From: Lytechinus pictus
Lineage: Eukaryota
Assembly (NCBI RefSeq): GCF_037042905.1
Contig: NC_087245.1
Location: forward strand, 11,348,001-11,412,000
Length of the DNA: 64,000 bases
Direction of reading: 5' to 3'
Of this stretch, positions 10,101 through 22,100 are shown piece by piece (positions within the stretch are counted from its first letter, which is position 1; each line of letters opens with the position of its first letter). The notes beneath the pieces were generated by a model. It saw only the letters and a program-made list of their open reading frames with translations, ran no database searches and was not told the origin of the DNA. The position numbers and the translations under genes were made by a program.

Positions 10101-13100
10101 TTTTACATCCAGGATCTGAGCAGGGACATTTCCCTAATCATATCCAGGCTCATCAAAACTTGTGCATGTTCAGAAGGACAAGAAACATTAAAAAAAATAA
10201 GTTTGTTTGATGATTGATAAGGGGAATCATTGCACCAACTTGAAAGAAAATGTGAATGATGGATGAGTAAAATAAGCTTAAAAAAATTAGAATCCACAAG
10301 TTAATCACCCTTTGCGAAAAGGAACTTTACCTAAGAAAAATTTGATTTTTTTTCTTTTTAAAAGTTACATTGAATTATTAAACTTGGCCTCAGTAGCCTA
10401 TTCAGTAAAAAAAAGTAATGAAAACAAGTATGCAGTATTGTTGGAATTATGCATGAACAGACAAAACATGTTGTCTCAATCATTGTGCATCCCCCGTTAT
10501 CAAACATGAAATGAACTGTCAAATTCTGTTTTTGCCCTTCTGAACATGCTCTAGGTTGTGATTTGATGAGCACGGTTAGATCATGGAGATTTCCCTGGTC
10601 AGATCAGGGAATTCCTTGGTCAGAACAAGGAGATAGAGGTGATATCTCCTTGGTCAGAATGGTCAAAGGAGGTTGATATGCGAGAAAGTGCAGAACCCAA
10701 AGCAGTGATGCATGCATGCAAACTTGGAATGGGCTGAAAAGCACCACTGTTACATAATAGGCTGTGTATTAAAAACCACTGAAGCGAGACCAATGACATT
10801 TTTATAGAAGTTAGAACATGAGATGGGCTTCGTAGTTTCATACATTTCATTGAGAATAGTTTTTATTTTTGGAAGTAATTTAGCCGCATATCAGAGGGAC
10901 ATTTTTTTGGGGACGCGCTGTAGACACTTTAGCACCTGAATATTCCAAATGTGCAAAAATTAACATGGGTCCATGTGCTTGATTTTTTGCTATAGAGCTT
11001 AAAAATTAACCCAAAATGGATGATGTTCTTAAGAATTGCGCATCCAAAATAATATGGCATTTTTAGACCTCGCGAGATCGCAACATTGAGTTTAAAGCCC
11101 TACTACTCAGTCAAAATCCATGAAAATGTCATTAAATTTTGCAATGTGATTAATAATTGTATCCGTAAGATGGATAATCTATCTAAATTGCTGTCAATTG
11201 TTTGCTCATTTAAGTCTAACAACACTTTCAGCTCTTAGAAATTACGGGAAAGATACTCAACCTCAAAAAATTCAAATTTTAATAACAAACTTGAGAAGTA
11301 AAAGAAATGCTGCACTTTATTCAAAACCCATGTCATTTTCACCAAACTTTGCAAAGTTGTAGAGGAAGGTATACCTAAGAGGTGAAAACATTAATAAATA
11401 TGGGTTCATGACTTGTGTTTGTTTTCAAACTATTATTAGAGCAAATTTGCTTCTTAAGACACCTGGCGGGTGTTTCATAAAGCTGTTCGTAAGTTAAGAG
11501 CGACTTTAAGAACGACTGGTGATCCTTTCTTATGGTAGATGATATTCACCATTAATGTTTATTGGTGATTATTTAGCACGTCTCGACTCCTTTGAAATGT
11601 TGAACATATATTTTTCTTAAATTCTTGAAGCTTATGTTCTCAGTATATATAAACTTCCATTTATATAGTTATGAAATATTACCAACGTTTAAGATCATTG
11701 TCATTTTTAGCATTGTTTCTGTAAAAAGCACTTTATTTTTCCTTTGCGGATCTATTTCACACATTTTTCTATGTTTTAATGTTGCAAATTAAGCACTAGG
11801 CCTACTTTACCCACTTGACATGTTTGTTGCAGCAATTTTCACATTTTGCTTGTCTTCGTATAATTTTCATGCAAAGTTATACTCTAAATACTCAAATTTG
11901 TATTAGTATCTGACAAATAAAATAAATTAATTCAATTTTTCACACGCAGCCTCTCATTCCTTTTTAGTCTCATACAATCAGACACGTTGATTTTTTTTAA
12001 CTCCATTCAAACCCTATTTTTACCTCAACAAATAATATTTAAAGCATAATTTCCAAAATTATCACTATAAATAAGTATTCTATATATAAAATCAGAATAT
12101 TGAACAAATACAATGTCGAATTTACTTATTTACATCAGTTTTTATGTCGGACAAGGGTATCTTTCGTTGAAATATCAATGAAAGGTGTCTCTAAAAGGGC
12201 ACCGTGTTCTAGATAAGGGAAATAATGAAAATTTCTATTTTATCCAGTTACGTTTGTGAATCTTTGAATATTTTTCTTTTTTTACCTCATAAAGCAAGCT
12301 CCATACATCAATTCTACAATCAGTAATACATAAAAAATTATTTGATCTCCATTTATTGAAATATATGATTTTATGAAAAGTCGTCATTCCGAAATAAAAG
12401 GTTCAGGTGATGATGAAGACTAAATATTTTTCTGATACTATCGATATCAAACGATGTCGTGGACTTGGAAGACAAAATTGCCTTCGTGAAACGGAAAGCG
12501 CTGATTTGTCGCCAATCTTCCTATCTCGGAAGAATGGTCCTAGGACGTTCCTACGTATCGCTCATCTCGTCATGCAACAGGTCCCAGGACGATTAACATA
12601 TACCGGTATACTTCACCACCAGTATTCAGTAAAATGTCATCGCAAGTCTCATTTCAGCCCTTTTCACCTCATTCACACACTGGTCATGACATCGTTTTGA
12701 GGGAAAAATAAAAATAAAGTTCAAGTTTCAACGCATTTCTGACATATGATTGAATTATGATCCCGTTATCCAAATTTAATGATTTTGGTATCAAATTAAA
12801 GAGAATAAAAAGCTCCAAACAACCTAGATCTACTTAGTTTACTTTTTTTGGTTACTGCCATTATCTTGATGTGGTATTGAAACACTTAAGGAAGTTCAAG
12901 TCAATGGCTTGTATCTTGTGAATAATTATGTACCATATTTAGGTATGTGACAAAAAAAATGAAAATCATCAAATATGAATAAATTTGGTATCATTTGAAA
13001 GTTCTTAAAAAGACCTTTCAAATGATACCAAGAACTCTAATTTTCATCAAGAAATTATAAAGTTATTCCAGTTTAAGTCACGCATATTCATCCAAATTTG

Positions 13101-16100
13101 TGGTCATTGTCTTAATGTAAAGTCAATGCAGTACAGAACCGATTTTTGTGACCATTTTGAACCCAAGTCTTCAACAGGCTCTAACTTCTTTGTTTTTTAG
13201 CCCTATGAAGTAATTTAGGTATCAATGGAAAGGTGAAAGATGGCTCAATCGATGTGTAATCGTTTCATCTTGTAATTTTTCTTCTTATCATGTGTAAAAT
13301 AATTTCTTCTAATTTTAATTAATTATGCAAATTACGTAAAATCACAATTACTCGCCTCTTTTTTTGCCAAATGAAGGTGATCATGATAGATAATTTATAT
13401 AATTTAGTTGGCATCAAAACAGCATCATGTAGATAATTTCCTAAATAAATTTGTTTAAAGTATTGTTTTTGTAATTTCTAATGTATTTCCTTGTTTTTCT
13501 GATATAAATTACAAGCTCTTTTTCAACTTAAGTATTGTAAATTTTGTATACATGTATGTACGGGGGTCCTTTTTTACGTATAAAAATTATTCCTTTTGTA
13601 CTTTGTATGACCAAATAAAAATACAAGTGTGCTTTTTTCTGATGTATTTGATTGTTTTACCAATTCCTTATATATTCTATTGTTTCAACAATTTTATATA
13701 CAAGTATAATATGTAGCTTTTGATTTTAGAAAAATGGACATTTGATTACATTTTTTTAGGAGGGATGAGCAGCTGAGTGTAAAATATGTTATGTAGCATT
13801 GTATGCAATTTATTTCAAGTATCAAGAAGTATAAAATTTAAGCTTTAATATATTCTATCAGTTTTCAATGTATTTCTTAGATTTGTATACATACATTGTA
13901 TTACAAAGGCCCTGTTTGAGCTCTCTTTTTTTAAAGAAAAATGAATAAATTCAAATTATTAGTTGAAGCCAAAAGAAAAGGAAAAGAGTGGTCTATTTCT
14001 TTCGAAACAAAACAAAAAACAACCAGGAAAAAAAGATAACAAAGCTCTAAACAACAAAACGGACATCAAAGCTCCAAACAAACATTAAAACAAGAGAAAC
14101 AAAAGTGACACAAACTTGTACCAATCCCATCCCCATTTTCCAGTTTAAAACACAACCCCCACCTGCACCCCTAACAAAAAACAAAAAAAGTAAATAAGAA
14201 AAAAATAGTAAAATTAGTAAAAAAAACAAAAAACATAAATACAGGACTTAGACCCATCTGGAAATGAAATATTCTTTCCTCTGAGTTTTCATGTATTTTC
14301 TTACAAGAGTGAAAAAAAAAATTACAACAACAAAAAAATAAACAACATATAGTTCGTGCATTTTAATAAAAAAATCAACATAAGATACATGTATTCTCCT
14401 TTCAAAAGCAAATCCAGTCTCCAAATAATGAAACTTGACCCAAAAAATTGAAAAAATAAACAATACAAAAATTCAAAAAAGAAACTAAAAAAATATTTAA
14501 AAAAAAATAAACATAATTTTTGCATTTTAATGAAAAAGTCAACATTTATGATATTCCCCTTTCAAAAGCAAATCCAGTCTCAAAATAACGAAACATGATT
14601 GAAAAGTTTCCAAATATTTTTTTTTTTCTACAAAAGAATAAAAAGAAACACGATAGATTTTGCATTTTAATTTAAAAAGTCAACATTGATATTCCACTTC
14701 CAAAAGAATCCAGTTTCCAAATGATGAAACATGATTGAACAATCAACCATCTTGACCCTATAACCTTGGGAGGAAAGAATGTTTTTGTGACAAAATGTAT
14801 ACATTAAAATCAATATCAAAATAATAATCTACGGTATAATGACAGAAATTTTCAGAAAAAGGCACAATATTATCAAGTATTAACGATTCAGATCCAGTTC
14901 AATCCAGCATGAACGACTCGCTATCGACCGCTCCCGTCACCAAGCCCTCCCCATCGGGTACTGGTAGCTCGACTGCCGAGAGACCGACGGGAGCCAACCG
15001 CATCGGGCAGCTCGACTGCCGAGAGACTGGCTGTGACAAGGGTAGCTTGCGGCTCTTATATCTGGACTGCACTTCGATAGAATCTTATCTTTTAGGTTTT
15101 ATTTTCAAGATAAATAAATTTCAAAGGAATAAATATACATAATTGGAACTTCTACCTACCATCAAAATATTTCGATCATTTACGTATCCAAAAATTTGAT
15201 GAACTTTCAAGCTCCGATATCCACACTTCACAGGTGAGTATCCATATTGTAACTTATATGTACAGAAAGTGCACATCTTCAACTGTCTGTAAAAAGGCAC
15301 GAGATTGCATGAACTATGTGCGCATGCGCATTAAACCCCATTTTCGAGGAGCCGCCCAGACAGAGGCGATGTCACTTGCAGCAAAACCCGCGCGAAACCC
15401 GTGCAGCCAAAACTAGCGCTCGCGATGTGCCCGCATTCGCACATACCTAACATATTTTTGTAAACTAGCGGGTTTTTTTAGTTCTATTGATAATGGCAAA
15501 TCCAATGTAAATACTCACTTTTCACCTTTCCTTTAGGATCAAGCACTGTCAGAATCGATTTCAAAATACCCTTACCCCCCCCCCCCCCAGAAAGCCCAAT
15601 GAAAAAAAAATGCAGAAAGCCCAATGCAAAACTGCACACGAAATATCTGCACTCTGTGTGTGGTCGTGTGTTTCAGCTGTGTGTGTGTTGTGTCAAATTA
15701 TACTACCGAGCCTATTGGGAGAATCTGGCTGAATTTCGAATATTTGATTATAACTCAAAAAACCGATTCATGGATTACTATGAAATTTGGTAGATTTCTA
15801 TTTTGCACTATTTTCATCAAGATATGAGAAAATCAGACAGTTTAATGAAGTGGTTGATGAGATAGACAAATCTTGCGGTCTCCCTATCAATATTCCCACC
15901 GCTTTTCTGAATATCGCGATCAGTAACGCCAACGCAACAGCTGTATTTCGGCTTCCAATCATCTTGATGACATTGATCGTTCGAATACTTAGTCAGACAT
16001 TACTTCACTTGGCTTCGCTGTGCGCTCGCCGTAATGTTGATATTAATAATAATTGGCATTTATATAGCGCTATATCAATCTACGACTGTTCAAAGCGCTT

Positions 16101-19100
16101 CACAATTATTATTACCCGGTCACTGGATTCATAGCATTCCAAGCAGCCTGTTAGGCGCAAACTTGCTAAACCAACCACAATGACGGTTGTTTCCTACCGG
16201 TACCCAATTAGCACTTGGGTGAGAGTGGCAAAGTGTGGATTGACGCCTTGCCAAAGGGCGCTAGGCCATGATGGGATTCGAACACACGACCCTCTGATTA
16301 CAAGGCGAGAGTCAGAACCGCTACACCACGGCGCTTCCACCGATATTGACTGAAGTTAGTGACCAAAAGATTTTTGGCCTACGGCATGCCGACAGTTTGT
16401 TCGCCGCATGTTCGCATGATTTGGTTGCTAACTTCAGTGACGGTTGTTTCCTACCGGTACCCAATTAGCACCTGGGTGAGAGTGGCAAAGTGTGGATTGA
16501 CGCCTTGCCAAAGGGCGCTAGGCCATGATGGGATTCGAACACACGACCCTCTGATTACAAGGCGAGAGTCAGAACCGCTACACCACGGCGCTTCCATTGA
16601 TATTGACTGAAGTTAGTGACCAAAAGATTTTTGGCCTACGGCATGCCGACAGTTTGTTCGCCGCATGTTCGCATGATTTGGTTGCTAACTTCAGTCCATA
16701 TCATAACGGCACATCAACATTACGGTTCGCGGCAAATCCAAGCGAAGTGATGCCCAACTGAGGCAAACTGAGGCACTAGTTCACTGCAACTACCCTGCCT
16801 GTTGGGAATCTAATGTAGATCTACATGTACATGTATGGTATGCCAAATGCAGTACACAGCACACACTTAAAAAGTTCATTAAAATATCACTTTTGTAACT
16901 AAAAAAACTAATACAGTTGCAATTTCTTTTTCATTAGTAACTTGCAGATAATTTTTGTATTCACCCGAGCGCTCAAAAACTTGAATTTTGAGCATGTTTT
17001 TTTGTACGCCCTCTATTGATGGAAAGTAAAATGTCAAGAAAATTTTCATTTTTTAATTATAAAAAAAAACAATTCAGAGATTCAAATTTACTTAAGAGCC
17101 CAGTTATATGATGAATAGCTGTAATGGAAACGTGACAGTGTCAAAAAATCAAGCATTTGTCCCAAAGAAAAAGAGAAAATAAGCCAAACATTGCCAACCT
17201 TATTTCACCACACAGGGATTAGTAACAGAGAACAAGGTTATATCATAACCTTGTTCATTGAATGAGTGAACTGAGGATTCGCACGACGATGTCAAGATCG
17301 AAGCCGAAATATAGCCGTTCCCGATCGCGATATTTGGAAAAGTGGTGGGTATATTGACCTCGAAAAAGACTGAGAGACTTGCTATGACATTTGTGAACAA
17401 TGATATTATTGGTAGTGAGGTATGCTGGTAATTGGCCGGTGCGAAAGTGCATAAGCGCCAAGTTCCATATTCCCTCCACTAAAAATTGAAGAAAAAAAAT
17501 ATGGAGAAGGTTTTTTCAAGAATTATCTAACATATATCTAAGAGATTTAGGAAGGAAAAGGGCAAGACTTCCATATGTCCCCTCCACTAAAATTGAAAAA
17601 AAAATAAAGAGGTTTATCAAGAATTATCTATCATATATCTAAGAGACTTAGGAAGGAAAAGTTGGATACATACCAAAATATGACTTTATTCTGTCAAAAT
17701 CTCGAGTGTGTGTAATTCCCAAATGGCATCGATTTATTAAGTCAGAAAAATGAATACCCAATACTCTTCGAGAGAAGACTAGTTGTAATATCGGTTGATA
17801 ACCTTTATGAAACCCATGGCTTTCAACAATTCCTGCTAGCTCAGTAAGTAAGGCGAAAGACTGGAGATGCCTCGTTCTGTAGCAAGAGGTTCGAATCCAA
17901 GTTCCAACCGGAAGTAAGAAAAATAAAAAGAAGAAAAAGAGAGTGAAAGAATGGGTTCTGGAGAAGTATTTTTCAAAATTAGTGGAGGGGACATAAGAAA
18001 GTCTTTCCGAACATATATGATGGGAGAGTGGAAATACGGCTTTATTCCGTCAAATTTTCGAGCAGGACCGATTGTGTGTAGCCAGGAGACTACATAATAA
18101 AGTTATCCCACAGACGTGCTTAATCTCCATGGAACCAGGGACGGCATGCAATTGCACTACACGCACCGTCATTTTTCCCACGATTAAAGTTCCTCACAAG
18201 TACACATTTTCTTATCTCTTGTGTAATCTTTGCTGCACGCTAACAAAAATTCATGAATTAGTGATACCTAAGAATTTGGTTGAAGTTACATGTTTAATAT
18301 TAATTTCTGCCATTTTTTTTAAAGGAGAATGAAACTCTTGGAGCAAGTTAGCTTTTGTGAAAGCAGAAAAATCAAAGAATAAGATCAACAAAACTTTGAG
18401 TAAAATAGGACTAGCAATAAAAGAGTTATGAGCATTTGAATGTCGAGATCACTAATGCTATGGAGATCCTCCCATTGGCAATGCGACCAAGATCTGTGAT
18501 GTCACACACGTACAACTCTCCCATTCGGACACTGAAAATATACCCCAAAACATCTCTTTTTGCTCATTCTAATCATATGACAAACGATTCATCAATGATA
18601 TAATGTTGTGAAACCTCTGTACTTGTCATCTCATAAAGAAAACACCTAACCTTGTGATAGACTCTATAAAAGTGAGAATATAAGTGAAATAAGTACTAAA
18701 GTAATGAGGGAGTTGTACGTGTGTGATATCACAGATCTTGGTCGCATTGCCGATGGGAGGATCTACATGGCACTAGTGATCTCAATATTCAAATGCTCAT
18801 AACTTTCTTATTATTCATTCAATCTTCCTCAAACTTTCAACAATATGTTTCTTTGATTTTTCTCTTTGATATGGATTCAGCTAGTTTCAAGGGTTTCATT
18901 CTCCTTTAATGTATATGAATCAAGTGTAAGCAGATCTTTATTGAGAACAAAAAGATAAGGGAAAGACTTACATGTACATTATGTAGCTCTAGGCTGATCC
19001 AGGGGGGGGGGGGCAGGCGTATGAGTCTATGAGATTGTTATATTGATTTATAAGAATAAAATTTTGGAGTGAATATTAGGACTCCCCCTTCAAAGAAACA

Positions 19101-22100
19101 AACAAAAATCAACTTCGAGCAGCCGATCAGGAAAATGTGGCTGAAAAAAAATTCTAGGCCCCCCTATAGGCAAAGGCTGAATCTGCCCCTGTGTACATGT
19201 ATCACCATTAATTACCAGTTTGTTACATAAAAACAGTTTGACACTTTTTTTAATAATTAAATGTTTGATTTGAAGAAGTAATGTCATTACTTGGTTAATA
19301 AAATATTGATGTCATCAGTAAATAAAGTATGTGTTGATTTATCAGAACAATATGGGAGGTCATATTAGAAATACATGTAGAAGAGGACCAGAGGATTGAC
19401 CCGGTGTGGCATGCCGCATGAAACCTCTTTGGGTCAGACAAAGTACAGTATAAAAGAAAATTGAATTCTATCATACAAATAACTTTTAAACTACAAAGAG
19501 GTACATGTAGTCAGTTTTACATGTGTACACTGTATATCATTGATGAGTATCAAAGTTTGCTTGATATTTCCCTGTTTCAATACTGCAAAATAATTCAGTT
19601 TTGTAATTTAGTCTTTATGACTTAATGGACAGACCTTAATAACCTATTTGTGGTTTCTGGCTTTAACATATTTTTCCCTGTTGCTTTCAGATGGGCAGTA
19701 TGATTTATGAATTCTATTATTTTTATACAGATCAAGAGATATCCACAACTTTCTGTTTATTTTACAAGTAGTTTTATACGATTTTGCTTCAAATACATCG
19801 TATAAATGGGTAATTTGTCAAAAGTAAGGGTCGTATCACTATTTGATAAGTTAGAACATTATGGGCAGTATATTGTTTCTATGTTGTTTGAAAAATAGGG
19901 TAGTGATACCGGTATTGTAGAATAAGCCAGTCTAAGGAACATTCAAATAAAAAATGTTGGCAAATACATTATGTATATCAATGAGTGAAATGGATCTGAA
20001 TGAATAAAAAAATAATGAGAATATATTATATTGAGAAAGTTACTCATTTTAGCAGAAGTCACTCATTAAATAAACCTGTTTGTGTTCAGAATCATGTTCA
20101 TGTTTATAAATTTCAAGCAATTTTCAAAGAAATCTAAAACGCCATAAACATTATCTTCATCTAACATCATTTAATTTTTATCATAAAAGATAAAATATTA
20201 CATGTAAGTTCTCAAATTATTTCATATTTACACACAAAGGGGCATATTAATGCACATTCTGTAGTACAGAGACATGTAGAGCAAAAACCAACTTGTTATT
20301 CATACTGTAGAAACATGTATTGGTCATTGGAAAACTGCATGTATGCATCCCTGAAGTGGAGAAAGAACAATGCCATTTTTAAAAAAAATTGGCCATACAT
20401 GGAATAGCCTTTTTTGGGAGGAAATTATGAGAGAAGATAAAGGAAGTTCTTGGTCATCATGTGATTTAAAAAGAGTGACAAACCAGATTTATTTTCATAC
20501 TGGCACAGAGAAACATGTGTAAAAAAGCAACCTCCAGAATATGATGTCTGTGTTCTTTATAGAAATATACTACATACAGTAACAAGTTCCTGTCCAGCTT
20601 TGGAAATAATTATTTCCCAAACTGTAAATACATGTACATCTTGTACTTGTTTCATTTACTATTCATGTAGGAAGTACATAAAGCACACTTCACAGTGTAT
20701 ACATGTACATTGAACATTACATGAACAACCCTGCAGGTGTTGAAAATAGTAGAAGGAAATGGTCCTTGTTTCATGTATTTGCAGTTACATGTTTCAATTT
20801 ATTGCTGCAGCACATGTGTAGAGGTATCCATAAAATTATTGACTATGTTGTGTAGACTTTGATATACAAAGAGCACTTCAAATGACTGCAAGTGCTCAAT
20901 TATTAAAGACTGCTGATTTACAACCCCCCCCCCCCCCATTTCTTTCAATTTGACTCTCATAATTTCTTTACCCTTTGGGCAAAAACAGTCATTGTTTTAT
21001 ACTCGACCATGAACAGATTTTGCATGCATCTGATAAAAGAGAATAAAGTGCTTGATCTATCAACATGGAATCTGTATCATTTTTTTAACTATAATTAGTA
21101 GTATCACGTTGTGTAACTTTTTTTTGGATAAAGTGTAGGAATGTTCTTTGTATAATACCATAACCATTCACACCTATAGTTAAAAACATGATTATTATGT
21201 TCATGATTATTCTGTTCATACCATTTTGAAATAGCATATTATTTTTTCTTAATTTTTCTGAAAAATGACAAAACAAGTTGCATACTTTTGATTGAATGCA
21301 TTTTATTTACAGTACTGCAGTGTACTTACATGTATCATGCAACATGTACATGTATGTTGATGTGTTATCCATATTTGGAGACATTCAAAATCATTCACAC
21401 CCTTTGTTATTTATTTTTGGTCAGTATGGAGGTAGGATTTGTTTAATACTTGTATTGTATTGATCATTTACATTATCCAAAGCTTGTTGAGTGGTCAGTA
21501 CACAGAGTACATACCTACATGTATTCAGATTTCACATCAAAATGTTGCATTCTAAATTCTTAGGTAAAAGAAATTGTTCAGTAGTTTATTAATAGACTCT
21601 GGATAATGTTATTCAATATGGCCTTTGTATATATACTGCCTGTTTTGCCTTTTACTGTAAATATTCAAATATATTTATTGATAATGATTTTTTACAATTT
21701 TTCTCATTTATAATATTCCAACAGGCTGATGCATATATTCACAAAGAAGGCTACTGTATGTGGTATGACCAGTGTGGAAAAGATGCCCTAACCCACAAAT
21801 CCCTAAACTGCCTTTACAACAAACCAGCGAAAGTTCTTGATGACCAAGCTGGTCTCCAGATCCTTGAGCAGCTGTGTCCAGAGATGGTGGCAGCCAATAA
21901 GAATGAAACCAAGACATGCTGTTCTCCATCCCAGCTTCAGACATTCCAAAATAACATGAAAATTCCTGATGAGACAATGAGTAGGTGTCCATCATGCTAC
22001 AAGAACTTGGTCAACATCTACTGCCATTTGACATGCAGTCCAGACCAGAGTATCTATGTCAATGCAACAAAAACCATGCCTTACCCTTCTACACCACCAC

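Noticed and set aside
10026..10850. Short ORFs inside the Tc1-like element as a possible transposase
   Set aside because: No DDE or HTH motifs; all are under 80 aa.
16265..16338. tRNA genes at SINE heads (also 16522-16595, 31423, 32820, 55270)
   Set aside because: Each is joined to a shared SINE body, so these are tRNA-derived heads rather than tRNA genes.
15787..17400. Two ORFs sharing NIPTxFxNIAI, suggesting paralogous genes
   Set aside because: Explained by a DNA-level inverted repeat; no splice or domain support.
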